DNA of 64,000 nucleotides from Hormiphora californensis (lineage: Eukaryota > Animalia > Ctenophora): positions 4,464,001-4,528,000 of the forward strand of contig CM035360.1 of assembly GCA_020137815.1 (NCBI GenBank). The letters run 5' to 3'. Below, piece after piece: positions 25,125 to 39,737 of this stretch; position 1 is the first letter of the stretch, and every line of letters starts with the position of its first letter. A program made the translations under genes and the position numbers. The notes under the pieces are model-generated. The model was not told the origin of the DNA and searched no databases. It was given only the letters and a program-made list of their open reading frames with translations.

Positions 25125-27668
25125 TCAACTGATAGGTTCATCCACTCCCAGCACTCTCAACCCACAATAGTTAAGAAAGATAAGCCATCCAATAAACGGG
25201 ATCTGTAGGAAGGAACCCTTCCGTTCTGCTTGTAGGAAGTAGATAAAGTTGAGGGCTGTTAGACCACCAGATATCAGTATTGAGGCAACTCCCTGCAAGT
25301 ATGAGGTGGTTATAGGTAGTGCATTGGAAGAACGGAAGACTCCTCAATCATGGTGTAGTAGACTCAGAACTCAGAAATATGGTACTGTTAAACTCACCGT
25401 TACTTCTGAAACATCAAGAAACAGGCCGAAAGCTAGAAAGTAGAAGGCAACGGACATTTCCCAGATCACTAGGCTGATGTAGTTCTTCCTGACACGTGGG
25501 CAGGGGATAATTGTTAAAGGGGTGATCCCTCGCTCACTCTGTATTCGGAGGTATTGCCCTAATTAGGGCTATAACTGCTAGGCCTTACTTCCAGTAATTA
25601 CTATGACAGTAGAGGATCATGTACTTTGAAACTATACTATTTTAGTAATACTATTTTAGTATCAACGTTCCCTAGTTGCCATCATAACATGCCTAGTTTC
25701 CATGACAACATGCATTCCCTGGTTGTCATGACGACTCACCTGATTCCCCCGCACCGTCTCCACAGCATGTACGCGGAGACACCGTACATTATTAGAGACA
25801 CAAGAGAGAAGGTTAGGAGGGTCTCTCTGGCAGGTAAATCATTGGGCACCTTCTTACCGTCCTTCTCAAACTCTGCTACCCTGTAGAGAGGTGGGATCTG
25901 TGAGGGCAGCGAATATGACACGTACGGGGGTGGCTAGGGGTTTACCATGTATAAGGTCTACATGGTGCACAGAGCTTTTCTGAATCAGTTTTTCGAGGCG
26001 AATCGAATGCAGGTGGAATTAGCTTTCTATCTTATCGGGAAGTGCTGGGTCTGGGGGTCCATCATGACCCCAAGATGGGTCCCCAGGCGCCTCGCAAGAT
26101 CCACACATGGGTCGTGTGCGGCCTGAGTAGGAGGTAATCGCCCGGGTGGCGCGACGTGCCCAAGAATCTGTGAGGGCCTAGGTTGTCTCTCTTTTAGTTA
26201 GCCCTACTGCTGCAATTACTAGCAGTGCCACTCCCCTTTTAATGAAGGAAAGAGTCGTTTTATAATTATATGTACTATAATTTTTCTGCCTAGGCAGAAA
26301 TAAGTATTCAGTAACCATTGGTTAGTCACTAACCAATAATAAACTCAAAGCACCCCACGATGCATATTTAACAGCATCCCGGGCGATAGAATCGTGGGGT
26401 GCTTAAAATGTGAGCTTATATTAAACGTGCCCTTGTTAGGGGTGGAGAGAATTTAGTAACCCACGACGCAACTTAAGTTAGGGGTAGAGATTGAAGAATA
26501 TTCTAGATTCTAGTACTGCATCGTGGGTATTAACCGGTTCTTACTGGATTATAGTTGGGCCAGAGAATCTACTAATAGTAATCCAGTAGCTATCCAGTAA
26601 CAACCGGTTAATACCCACGATGCGACCCACGATGCAATCCCTCACCCCATGGCCTTCTCTGGAATCTCTCAACTTATCATCCATGTTATATTCAATAGCT
26701 TTCCTTTTTTATCAGAACGCATTTGCGATTGGAAGCGAACGGTTATGACATTGCCATATGAAGTCTAGCCAACCCCAAAAACCCTTCCTAGTTCCTACTT
26801 CATCCCACCCCAACCCACCAACTTCAACCCTTTCCCACCCCAATTCCCCAACCCACCCCAACCCATCCCACTCCTTTCTCTCACCATCTCTCGGCGTTAT
26901 CATCCAGTTCAGAGTACATAATGAGGGTGATGATTCCAGGTAGAAATACCCAGTGGAAAATCGTGAAGATGTCATCTAGTATGGAGCTGTAGACCTTATC
27001 CACCCCCGCGTAACGCCGAGCTGTGTCCTCCCCTCCCAGACGCATGACACGTGATATACGATAAACTATTCAGGTACTGAGACAACTAATAAACAGATGC
27101 AGACAGTTTGTGTACAGACAGGTAGACACTAGAGACTGGATCTTGAAAAAGTCTCCTGCACTGTGTTTTCAGCGTTGAAGCGGATGGAATATCGCCAGAT
27201 GAACCATGAGGATTAGTTTACCAACTGCTTGAGCGATGAAATTATGAATAGTCATTAGTTATTGAGAATGACACTCAAAATTACAAGTTGCACTTGCAAT
27301 ATCATCTTACATTTGCATTGGAATAAACAATCACGTACTTTCAGCACTTGAAAACTTGCTTTTCTTGCTCTTATCCCGTTTTAATTTAGAGGTGTCCAAA
27401 AAGAATATTATAGAAAACAAAGTAGCTAAAATTAAAATGAATGTCTTTTATCGATCACAATATCTGGAACCATATCTTCTTCTGAAAACACCAGTCCTAA
27501 AATCGGCAAACTCTTTTTCTTGATATTTTTAAATTTCCCCGGTTTTATTTTGCCACCCTTTCGTATCCTCAGTCTCTCTGCGGTGTGAGGCTCGATCTGT
27601 TTTCGTGCTAGACCTGTCCTGAGGATAAACCAAAACCGGACTATGGCATCACCGATTCCTCCTGACAT
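25125..27668 (-). CDS. Divergent TspO/MBR (translocator protein)-like membrane protein, 177 aa, 5 exons
   Basis: Phase-consistent exons 27668-27637, 26986-26885, 25880-25740, 25488-25398, 25292-25125. Translation MSGGIGDAIVRSILDDIFTIFHWVFLPGIITLIMYSELDDNAERWVAEFEK...LIMYGVSAYMLWRRCGG...GSFLQIPFIGWLIFLNYCGLRVLGVDEPIS; five hydrophobic segments; motifs resemble TSPO MG.ASYLVW...GG and PYLAW..F. Confidence 0.75.
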
Positions 27669-28573
27669 TGTCGAGTGCTAGAAGGGAGAGAGTGTGTAAA
27701 CAGCAAAGGGATCAAGGAAAGTATCCTACTAGTAGGTCAACTGTGTAGGTCAACTGTGTAAATTTCGAAAACATGAGAATGAATACTTGAAACTTGGCCA
27801 TATCATAGGGCGTCAAAGATGAACAAAGCAAATCCACCACGGTCGTAAAAACCACATTTGAGAAAGTTTTAAGGGCGTTGATAAACATGAATCCGAGTTA
27901 GGCGCTATCTTACCCGGGGAGAGAGATCTCTCTCCGCGCCCCACGACGGCAAGACAAATGTAAAGCAGGGTTAAAACATAACAAGCTATCCTTGGAGTTC
28001 TACAGAAGTCCCGTTGGAATTGACTACAGCCCACATGGTGAGATTGCCAATGCAATTGCACTCGACAAAAATCGTTAGGCCAATGCTCTGACCAAAGTTC
28101 TGAGAATAGGGTGATGCCAATGCACTCTGACAGCAATGAGGCCTCAGCAATCAATGTGTTTCTGTATCTGTCTCCAAAACCTCACAGGTGTGATCCACAT
28201 GCAATCTGTCTCCTGAGTAGGATGTGAGACAGACACTGGAAAAAAGAAGACGTACAATGATTCGTGTTTCCACTAACTACATTCGGCTACCAGCTCTGAT
28301 CACATTTAAATATCTTCTAATTGGTTGCATCTAAGTTTTCATTGATTGAATTAATTACTAGACACTTCCCTACTACAAAGTTCTCCAAGTTGTGAGTTTT
28401 CAACTCCCAGTTTTATTCTTTTTATTTAACATTCTGCTACAAAGTCGTCAGTTTTGTCTCCCAATACCTTATTCTCTCTGGGTGAGAAGAAGTAACAGCT
28501 GTGGGTGTCTCCTTCGAGCTTCTTCTCTCTCCCAATTTCATTCTCCCAATCTCATTCCTTTATTTTCTCCCTA

Positions 28574-28617
<44 letters not shown>

Positions 28618-28900
28618 ACTTGTAAGTCAGGTGGTGTTAGTGAGTGTAACAGAGGTGTCCGATTACAAACGCCCTGCCTCTCTCTCTCTCTCCTTCATCT
28701 CTCTGCACTTTATTATATCTGTCTTCTTTCTCTACGTCGTATAATACTAGCCGTTGTGACACAATATATTTGCAGCTTGCTCTCAACGACCCTCACCGCT
28801 TGCTCTCAACGACCCTTCCGCGCCCTCAAGAGGGTTTAGTTTGAACAACATCACACCATATCGAGCTGTTAGACCTGACAGAGATTGAGGGGATCAAACT

Positions 28901-30422
28901 ATGGATCCCAGTTTTAACCGGATGTATGCTGCTACGGAACAATCCCAGCAGCAGCAGCAGCCACCAAACTCTGGTGCTGTACAAGATCAGCCTTCTTCAA
29001 CCCAACAACCATCCTCAGATCACCCACCTCCAGCAATGTCCCCTGCTGCAGCACCTCTGGAGCAGCAAGATCAGGATCTGAGCAATATTCCCCAGTTCTA
29101 CCCTGCTGCTTCAATGCAGAACCAGTACCCAGGATCTCAGAACCAATACGGTGGAGCCCCACAACAGCAATCTCAGAACCATGACCAATATGTATCAGGA
29201 GCGTCACAGTTACAAAGTCAGAGTCATCATGCCGGAACAGCGTCACAACAAGTTGTTGAACAACAACAACAGAACCAGTATGGGCTGGGAGCACAGCAAC
29301 AACAGTCTCAAAACCAATACCCGGGCGGAGCACAACAACAATTCCAGTTTCAAACAGAGCAACACCTCCAACAGCATCAGTACAACAACACAGCCCCACA
29401 ATCCAGAATGTTCGAGGATCACAATAATAGTCGGTACCAGGAAAAGGATCAGTTTCAGCAGTCTGCATCATATAACAATACTGGGTCGGGAGCTGGAAAG
29501 TTTTCCCAACCCGACTACCAAATGTTAGCGAGGCTCGGGGCGATTCAAGAAAACTATTTTGTTAGCCATATGACAAGGTATGAATTGAAGTTTGGTAATG
29601 AAATTACCCCTCCGCACAAGCTAATAGGGGTGACTTCGTAACCAACGTTGCACTGCTCTACCAGCTCAAGGGAGCTGGGTATAAAAGAAAACGCAGTAGA
29701 TGCTCCCCTGTTATAACTACTGCATTTTCTTTCATATATGACTAGTTAATGAGGGCGAGGAAGGACTCATAACATATAACTCAACATAATCTCATCTCTC
29801 GTCATTCAAACAAGCTTCGTTACTTCCTTTATATGGTTTAACTAGCTTTAACTAGAAGATTCTAAACTATTAAACTAGAAGATTCCAAGCCATTATTATA
29901 TATAGCGGTTTAAACTATCTGACTGATTGAAACCAGTCGAATTTTTGTAATCGCTTAGCTTTAATGAAAGTCACGTCATGAAGATGTCTACCCCTTCTCT
30001 CTAGTCACAGACGCAAATCATGATTTGCGGGAGACGTACTGTATTATCTACGAATCATGATTTGCCCTCCCAGTTAACCCATTGGATCTCGTTATAGATC
30101 CATTATAACTACTTCCCCAATCCCCACATAACAGTGAGGGCCCTAAGTTAACTACTTCCCCACCCAGGCCGGAGGATCACCAGCAGCACTATAATCCCGG
30201 AACCCAGCCCCCTCCCTCCGGGGCATTCCGTCAACCCTACACTGGATCAACAGGGTCAGTATCTCCCAGTGGAGGGGGATATAACGGGATGGATATCCAC
30301 CGACAGACAACCACTCAACTTCACCCAGGGCATGAGTTTCAGAACCTTCTGGAGGGCTTCGAGAATCTGGTGAGAGCTGACTTTTATACTACTGATCTCT
30401 TTCTCTCTCTTTCTCTTTTATT

Positions 30423-30466
<44 letters not shown>

Positions 30467-33173
30467 ACTAAAAAAATCGTGATGCCTGAAAGACGGTTCT
30501 TTAGTTAGCATCGCATCGTTTCAGGGAACGACGAACGTTCTAACTGAAAAAAAATTTGTTCAGTAATTCTTATCTATCTCAAAATATTTATATGCTTCAG
30601 TGACCTTCGTGTGTGTCTAAAATCCCTCTAGATTTCTAAATCTAAAATATGATTTGATTACGATACCTTCTAACCCTTTAAGGGCGAGAAGGATTGGCTC
30701 GATAGATTTTTCTAATTTTTCGTTTATAAGTAGATATTATTACCACAAACTACCTCGAAAAAGAAATTTGAAGTTTCGACATGTAGTTTTTGCTGGGCCC
30801 ACTGTGTCATATTGACTCTATCGTCCGTAAGGGAATTCTAGTAACAAAGTCATTTGTGCAAAAGCATGGGTCCAATAGTCAAATTTTATGCTTTGAGGCA
30901 GTCTATAGCTATAATTTCTACAATCTTGAACGGTTTACTAGAAAAATACCCCAAATTCTACATTTTGTATCATATTGACTCTATCGTCCCAATTGGTAAA
31001 TTCTCCAAAAACATCCATAACTCGGGCTAGAAAAGGAGCTAAGAGTCAAATCAGGGCACTACTGTGTAGAATCATCGCATTAGTGGGGTAGAGCACATAT
31101 TTAGGTCGCTATCTTGCCCCCTAATTGAGATATTGGATAAATAGCCAATTACTGTCCGGCGCATGCTAATAATGACACTTTGCTTTGAGAAGGAGTTATG
31201 AGGCAAATGGGGGCACTAAAATGTGTAGAATCATCACATTAGTGGGGTTAGAGCACATATTTAGGTCTCTATCTGGACCCCTAATTGAGATAATTTGATA
31301 ATTAGCTAATTTGTTGCCCTCCAGCACTAAAAATTAAATTTGGCGGAGTATACAAGACAAATGGGGGCACTAAAATGTGTTAAATCGTCGCCTTAGTGGG
31401 GGCAGAGCAGATAGCTGAGTTTCTATTCCCGTCCCTAATTAGATAATTGGATAATTAGCTAATTGACGGTTGCATAATGCCCCCTTTTCACCATATACCG
31501 TGGTTTTCTGGCTAATCCTGAGCTCTTTGTTCAATCTAAGGATCTTTTGGCATCCCTTTACCCCATTTGTATCACCTTTGACTCGTTTTACACAATAATA
31601 AGCACTCTATACAACCCTAGACGCCGACTTCAGCTCTGTACAACCCCCTTGCTTCATCCTACTCCTAGCTAGACCTCTCATACACCATACTAAACGCCTT
31701 CTACAGATCTTCTTTATTTCCGATGGAGTTCATGAGAAGTTTCTTAGTGGCAAATGAGATTGTGAAAGTGATGAGGAGAATTATGTAGGAGGAACTAAAC
31801 TGTGTGTCCAATAATAAAATGAGAACTGTAGTACATTAGGGGTTGAACGTCTTGTAGGACGCATAGGATATCCCAAAAAAAATCGGTTAGGAAGGTGTAC
31901 ATGGATCTCGAAATTATGAGAGGTCTAGGATGGGCAAGAGGGTTCTAAAGAGCTGAGGCGGTGTCTAGGGTTGTATAGAGTGCTATATTAGTGTGTAAAA
32001 CGAGTCAAATGTGATACAAATGGGTAAAGGGATGCTAGAAGGGCCTTAGATTGAACAAAAGAGCTCAGGATTAGCCAGAAACCACGGTTTATGGTGAAAA
32101 GGGGGCATTATGCAACCGTCAATTAGCTAATTATCCAGTTATCTCAATTAGGAGCGGGAATAGAAACTCAGCTATGTGCTCTGCCTCTACTAAGGCGACG
32201 ATTTTACACATTTTAGTGCCCCTATTTGTGTTGTATACTCCGCCAAATTTAATTGTTAGCGCTGGAGGGCAACTAATTAGCTAATTATCCAATTATCTCA
32301 ATTAGGGATCCAGATAGAGACCTAAATATGTGCTCTACCCCCACTAATGCGATGATTCTACACAGTTTAGTGCCCTGATTTGACTCTTGCTCCTTTTCTA
32401 GCCGAGTTATGGATGTTTTTGGAGAATTTACCAGTTGGGACGATAGAGTCATATATGAACAAAATGTAGAATTTGGGGTATTTTTCTAGTAAAAACCGTT
32501 CAAGATTGTAGAAATTATAGCTATAGACTGCCTAAAGCATAAAATTTGACTTTTGGACACTGCTTTTGCACAAATGACATTTGTTACTAGAATTCCCTTA
32601 CGGACGATAGAGTCATATATGACACAACGACTAAAACGTTAATAACTCATTCAATTTTCAATTTTTTGATGCGGTTTTTGCATTCGATTTGTTATGTCAA
32701 GTAGTTTTATCCCTTCAAAGGATTATTTGTGCCCTCAAAAGTAAAAATTTGAGAGGGGTTTTAAAAAAAGGCCTAAATTACCTCCCGAGAAGGGCCATAA
32801 AAAAATTTCTTTGATTTTCCGAGCAGATTTGGACGTGGTTTTGGGTTCAAAATCCCTAAAACTAGCTTGTGACAAAAATTAGCCACCTAGACATCATGTA
32901 GCGCCTTCCAGACGGTCTAGAATGGACCGTGTCATATATGACCTATCGCCCTCAAAGGGTTAACTAACAAAATAAAAACTCAAGTCGGATTAATATGCTT
33001 CCGATATCTTCGTGTGTATTTTAATTAGTAGTCCCTACTAATTAAACCCTCTAAATTTCAGGGGCTAGTAGATCGAATGGGCATGCTCGCTCGACGAGTA
33101 AAGAAACCAGCCCGAGAGTTACATGTGCCACATCTGTTTCGATAAGGGCCACTACATAACTGACTGCCCGCAG
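28901..33173 (+). CDS. ZCCHC24: ZCCHC24, 5' half (Q-rich N-terminus and CCHC zinc knuckle), exons 1-3
   Basis: Exons 28901-29577, 30168-30369, 33062-33173. Exon 3 encodes KKP(P)ESYMCHICFDKGHYITDCPQ (cf. [22 protein letters not shown]); it needs a 1-nt correction near 33110 and ends at a phase-0 donor CAG|GTAACT. Confidence 0.85.
30674..32959. mobile_element. piggyBac-like non-autonomous foldback element (~2.3 kb)
   Basis: CTAA-CCCTTTAAGGGCGA...TCGCCCTCAAAGGG-TTAA termini; long internal inverted repeats ~30803-31640 vs ~31950-32625. Confidence 0.75.
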
Positions 33174-33282
33174 GTAACTGGCTAACTTAACTAATTAACT
33201 AAATTAACCAATTAACTAGTTAACTTTACCTATCAATTATCGAATTTTGTGAAGTACTTCGGTGCAGTAGGAGGAAACAGAA

Positions 33283-33690
33283 TCGAAATATGGATTGTAA
33301 TAATGGAAGGGTAAAGAACGAGAGAAAGTTTGTCTTCTTATAGTCCTCCTCTACGTCATCCATCGTTCCTCCTTAGTTCAGACATAACAACTCGTCATCT
33401 CAATAACAATACGTGATATCACGAATGCAGTACCGTCCTCCGAATACTCGACAGATGCAGATCCATGCGTCACGCATGTTGTATTCATGTCAGTGATCAG
33501 CGGTTGCCTAAGCAACGTACCGAGCACTATCATGATTATTACCGAATGAGAGACCGTGAGAGTGAGAGAAATTTAATTAGGACGACAATGTGACAATACA
33601 ACATTTCGATCTGTATTATATTAGATTTAGAGTGATCGGCCCGGGCCAAAAAAATTGAATCATTGATCGGGTTTCAGGAAGTAATATCGG
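33283..33690 (+). repeat. Left copy of inverted repeat pair (partner 42900-43290)
   Basis: ATCGAAATATGGATTGTAATAATGGAAGGGTAA...CCTCCGAATACTCGACA...TGAATCATTGATCGGGTTTCAGGAAGTAATATCG; reverse complement found at 42900-43290. Confidence 0.85.
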
Positions 33691-33729
33691 GTACTACCCG
33701 CATCCTCCATATCCTTAAATCGATAGTGT

Positions 33730-34035
33730 TTACGCAGTGAATACAGAGCGAATGCAGAGTGAATGCAGAGCGAATGCAGAGTGAATGCAGAGTGAATGCA
33801 GAGCGAATGCAGAGTGAATGCAGAGTGAATGCAGAGCGAATGCAGAGTGAATGCAGAGCGAATGCAGAGTGAATGCAGAGTGAATGCAGAGTGGTTCCAG
33901 AGTGATACGCAGTGAATGCAGAGTGAATACGCAATCATTGGAGTATCCTACCAGAACTGTTTACGCAGTGAATACAGAGTGAATACGCAGTGAATACAGA
34001 GTGAATACGCAGTGAATGCAGAGCGAATACGCAAT
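33730..34035 (+). repeat. 11-bp minisatellite (GCAGAG(T/C)GAAT)n
   Basis: Direct observation. Confidence 0.9.
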
Positions 34036-34124
34036 CATTGGTAATATCCTACCAGAACTAGATGCCGTAAATACGCAGTGATAAAAAATTGGATATTGTT
34101 GCTACACCCGAAAAAAAGTGGTTT

Positions 34125-34184
<60 letters not shown>

Positions 34185-34481
34185 ATCTCTATCTCCCTAT
34201 CTCTATCTCTATCTCTCCCTCTCCCTCTCCCTCTATCTCTATCTCTATCTCTATACCTCTTTCTCTTTTGTTAAATAATACGCAGTGATAGACAATATGT
34301 AGATAGTTTTCAGAAATAAATTATGGTTATACACTGTTGGAAATTGAAACAATTACTGCACTGAATTTATTTAAATGTAACTGACAGCTCCTCTCGCTTC
34401 AGTCCATACCAGCGTAGTGCATCAAAAGAGAGACCACCGTTCATAAGCGTTTCAATGAAATCATCTCCAAATCAGGGGCGT

Positions 34482-34880
34482 CTAGTGGAAGTAGATGGAG
34501 AATCTGGCAAATTTAGACACAACTGCAGGGATAGAAGTAAGAGCTGGAGGAGTAGTCGAGGATGCAGTGGAATGGGTGGGACAGATTCCGCCGACATGTC
34601 CCGGCTGTTTGCAGATATTGCAGCTGATGGCTTGAATCCCCATATCTCTGGTGTTAGGTTTCACTGTCTGACCAAAATCTGAAGGAAGAAAGTCCTCAGG
34701 TGTGTTTCTGGTCCTCGGACGTCCTCTGGTTCTTCGTGGTGGTTGAACTCCAATCTCATGTAGACGAGATTGTTGGAGGAGAAGTTGGCTCGGCGGGTCA
34801 TTGCAGCGGCGGTTCGAGTTCGTTGAATGGTGGTAGATGAGGTAGAAGTAGTAGACGATGTAGAAGTAGTAGTACTCATA
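34482..34880 (-). mobile_element. Gag-like fragment with CCHC zinc knuckle (degraded retrotransposon)
   Basis: CNICKQPGHVGGICP preceded by Arg-rich segment. Confidence 0.5.
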
Positions 34881-34959
34881 GTGAAAACAATACAATAAAG
34901 ATCTCACTGCTCGCATTTTATCTATTTCCGAGATATTACATGAACCTAATCTATCCACG

Positions 34960-36740
34960 CTATAGCATAGAATGCTAAGGTCACTCTGACAAATCACGAG
35001 ATCCAGTGTTCCACCTCTAATGTGAGTCGGTTGACAAGGAGTAAGCTGTTCCAGTCCAAAGGAGTCCAAAAGTTTCAGGAATTTTCAGCATAGAAGTCAG
35101 ACAAGTCCTGTACTTGAAAGTTGAAATCACCCATCAATACAGGGGATCCAGTCCGCAAGTTAAGCTCCGATAAGTAATCCACGAATTCCTCGAAGAAACG
35201 ATGCCGCAGTGAATCGTGCTTCAGTGTAAGGAGGGCGATAAATGTTACACAATCGAACCATACCCTCACCGATCCAACAAGCACTTCCGGACCTGAAATG
35301 AATAAACGCATTCCGGGTCGGAGTAGTCTGACCTTGACTCCATCTGTACAAGACTCCAATCCCTCCACCTGCTCTTTCTGCCTAGGAGATGAATAGATAT
35401 TCCACCCATACTCTCTTATCTCTTGCATTTGGCACGTGTCTGAGTTCTTGAGGTAGGTTCCTGCACCAGGCATATGTCACATTGATTATCCTCTAGGTGA
35501 TCCAGATCCAGCTGTCTTGTTCATCAGCGAATGGACATTAACGTGCCAATCCGCCATACCTTTTCATCTTCAGATCCTCCCATGCCCTCGTCAGATACAG
35601 GTTTTTTTGGTCCTTGGTTACTCCATTAGTAGAATCCATCAGCCTTCCTCTGGCGTTCACATAAAATGGACACAGATTACTCGAAGCCGGATGAGTCTTT
35701 GCGAATCTTGTCCTCTTTACTTCCTCCCACATACAATTGACCACACTTCATTTTTCCTCCATCATTGTTCTTCTGGAGTGACACTGACGGGTGTCATGGT
35801 CACCAGAACAAAATGCACAGATAGGGCTCTTGTCCCTGTTCGGACAGTATACTGATCCAGCAACGGGACCATACCTTGACAATGAAAAATTGTGTTACAT
35901 AAAACCGTTTCTGACAGTGTGCTGTTTAGTTTGAGGAAAATCCTGTCCCGTTATCAGAGATTGCTTTCCGAAATTCAGGAGGTACTGAATAACAGCATAC
36001 TTCCCAGCCTGGTTCACATGAAACAACCTTGATGGTATGACCAGATTCATGAAGTTGTTTTACCGTGTCATTTTTTTCACTCAGAATTGCTGCCATCAGT
36101 GCTTCTTTGTTTAGGAGATCATTGTCAAGATCATTTATCATCAGCCTGGGATCCTTCTTCTTCTCCTTTTCAACAACCGTGTCACATCAAAGAGTGGAAG
36201 TAATGCTTTCTCCGCTTCCATCATATCATTTTCCGTAGCAAAAGAACATGGGTATGCCTTTGTTTACGAGGTATCAAGAAAAGGGATGTCCTTCAGAGCT
36301 GTTTCAACTGTGGCTTAAGGAAGTCTGCCCATTTCTTCTCGCATATCGGGGTCTCATTGTCTCTTTGTCCTTGATGTTAACATAACGTTGACAGGGTCGA
36401 GGGAGGTGATTTCTGATTTCCAGGTGTTCCGGTCTCTTCTTGACAACAGTGGGAGCAAGAATCTCATTCACTAACCCGAGGTAGCGTATCTAGGAGTTGC
36501 CTGGCTTCATAAGCTATCTTTCAGGTCCTCAGACGTCATAGATATTGTTGACAATTCAGACTCGGATGATGAGGTACTACATCTGGATACGTCAGGGAGA
36601 AACTCATAGCACATCAGTAGAACTTTCCACATAACATCCTTGGTAACTTGGCTCGGTGGGGCTTCGGCTTTTCCTTCCTTTAGGTGTTTCATAACAGTCA
36701 TTCCAGTGCACTTTTCAAATATTTTTGTAATGAACCACAC
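34960..36740 (-). mobile_element. Degraded non-LTR retrotransposon (ORF1 remnants and apurinic endonuclease domain, CR1/L2-like)
   Basis: Frameshifted motifs NIYRPP, MGDFNF, PTHIRGGTLDLVI. Confidence 0.7.
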
Positions 36741-37849
36741 GTCTGGAGACCTAAAGTAAATGGTTGTTTGGACACGGATGAAAGCGGAGTTTGTTTAGTG
36801 AAGCAAAATTTTTCACTCTTAAAAAAAATTTATTCCGCGAATTTACGAAAATTTTTATGAAATGTGAAAATATATGTGCGCGCGCCGCGAACATTTATTT
36901 TAACGCGCGGGTACAAATGCATCGTCAGTTGAAATAGATAGCGCCTTCCAGTTTTATCATCTGAAATCATCTGAAATCGAACCGATTTGAGCTAATTTTA
37001 TTTTCAGTTCATGAATAATAGATGATGTATTATCTTACTTCGAAAGAAGACTGTAATAGAAGGGAAACAAAGTCTTTGAATCGTGTAAACGGCTAAACTT
37101 GTTGAACTCACAAGCTACTGATATTTACAGATATGATATACCATCACAGTCATTTCTGATAACACTTTGCTATTCGACTCCAACGTTATATTACCCAATT
37201 GAAATGTGAATTCCTGTTTAAATCCACAGGCAGAATCTGCCTGGCAGATCACTTGACATGTTCCTCGTCTGTCAGCTCTCACAGTCACACCGGGCTTTCG
37301 GCCGAACAGACAGACTGCACTGCGAACAGACAGACTGCGTAGCATGGCAACAGATCACATTGCATCTAATAAGTAGATCTATACACTCATGTGGTAATTG
37401 CAAAAACAACGTATACTTTGCTTTGCTCTCAGTCTCACTTTCATATCTCATGAGCTGTTGTTCCGAAGACAGCTACCAAACCCGGCATAAGAGTGTACCC
37501 TCATATGAGGGTGCTAAGTGACCGTAGTAGCTAGCTCCAGAGAGGTCCATATAGAGAGGTTTCACTTTCACTCTTAGAGAGGATACCACTAATTACAGAC
37601 TAATGAAGGGTCCAAGATGACCTATTGACCCAAGTAGCTCCAACCAATAGGCCTCTTTGTAGCTTCATGGGCCATTTTGTTGCATCACTATGGACCTCTA
37701 TGGCCTATATGGAGCTACTTTGGTCACTTTGGACCCTTCCGGAGCTTGGTAGATGTCTTCGGAGCTACCTAAACCCCGCTTAGCTTGATAACGCTCATCA
37801 GTCTACACTTAAATCACTTGAGCGTAAAAGTACATTATATAAGGCTGTA

Positions 37850-39737
37850 GGGAGCAGTCTGGGGCGTGTCTTCTCCGCCATCTATCTGGAGCGCCTAGTG
37901 AACTTCAGGAAGACTCACTGCCCGGACCCGCCCAACCAACAAGGCTTTGTGAAGGGTGCCCAAACCAGCGACCACCTCTTAACACTCCATACTGCCATTC
38001 AGAAAGGAATACAGAACAAAGGAAGGCTCTACACTTGCTTTATCGACTTTCGTAAGGCATTTGATGGCCTCAACAGAGACGCCCTTCTCCTAAAACTGCT
38101 AAACCTTGGAGTTCGTGGGAAGTTCTTCAATGTACTCGACCACATGTACAACAACTCCAAGGCTCGCCTAAAACTAGCCCAGAAACTCTCTGATCTCATT
38201 GACATCCAAATTGGTACAGAACAAGGGCATGTCACAAGTCCAGAGCTTTTCAAGTGTTTCCTCTTGGACCTATCCACAATACTCAATGATAAAGACCTAA
38301 AATCTGACCCAGTAGCACTAGGAACAGCCCTAGTGACTCACTTGCTCTGGGCTGATGATCTGGTACTTATGTCAACCTCGGCTAAGGGTCTACAAAAACT
38401 CCTCGATGCCCTCTACCGGTTCTGCTCTGATTGGGATCTTACCGTTAACACCGAAAAAACGGCTATAATGGTCTTTAACCAAGCTGGGAGGAAACTCAAA
38501 GAATCCAACGGCTTTCTCTACGGCGACTCACACATCCCATCAACCAAGACCTATCAATATCTCGGTTTGACTTTCTCGGTGAATGGTAACCTACGAGAAG
38601 CCCAAAAACAACTGAGAATCAAGAGCATGCGGAGCATTTTCGCCATAAAAAGAATAGTGGATATCAGATCAATATCCAAGCAAGCGGCCCTAAAACTATT
38701 TGATGCTCTAGTAGCACCTGTAGCAGGGTATGCATCAGCTATCTGGCTGCACGAAACAAGATTTCTCAAGACATCTCTAAACGGGAAGCATGTGAAAACT
38801 ACATCGAAGGACATCTGGGACGACCAAACAGAAAAATGTCAAACCAGCTTTCTGAGATGGTTACTAGGACTTCGGAAAAACACACCGCTACCTCCACTCT
38901 ACGGGGACACTGATAGAGTCCCCCTGGCCGTAAGAAACAGCAAACACCTGCTGGACTTCCACAATAGACTATGTATCATGAGCAACACTCTCGACAACCA
39001 AAGCAAGCTAGTCGTACACGCCTATAACGAACAGAAGCGACTACAGTTGCCCTGGTATCAAAGTGTCCTAAGGACCTCCGAGATATTCGACTCCAATGCC
39101 CACCACCCGCAGAAGACACTTCTCCCTAACTCCCAACTCGTGCAGGCCCGTATCTCAGATTGGTTTTGGACCCAATGGGACGATATTCGCCACAGCAACC
39201 GGAAGCTTGAATTCTACAACAGTGTCAAGACCGGACATGGCTTTGAGGATTACCTAGAAAGAAGGACGGCACCTGACTTCATCAAGTTAAGAACGAGTAC
39301 CCACCGCCTAAAAATCGAAACCGGACGCCATAACAAAACTGACAGATCTGAGCGCCTCTGTGATGATTGCTCCTCACCCGAGTCTATACCTCTTCTGCGT
39401 GCCCTCCCTTTCTTCGACCCCATCATCCAAGATGAGTGGCACATGCTGAATGAATGCACCCGCACCAAATCAGCTCGAGACCGCCTAACAGATCAAGACA
39501 GAACCTCCCTTCGTGGTCATGTCTTCCCCTCACATATCAATCATCATCTCTCTCACCTAATTCACACCATCATCAACCCATAATACACACACTACCACCG
39601 CCCACCATACCTCTCCTCTCAACCCCCCTGAACCCTCTCTCTACCCCTCCTACTCCCACTTTTTTATAGTTATATGACAATAATATTATTGTTAAGTACT
39701 TTTTAATTTGAATCTTGAATCTTGAATCTTGAATCTA
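37850..39737 (+). mobile_element. 5'-truncated LINE; RT ORF 37898-39583 (RTEX/CR1-group-like) with (TTGAATC)-type 3' tail
   Basis: Q.GF, FIDFRKAFD, GTEQG..SP.LF, LLWADDLVL, YLG motifs; C-terminal RTSTHRLKIETGRH..RLC..C..DEWH; tandem TTGAATC-like tail at ~39707-39737. Confidence 0.92.
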
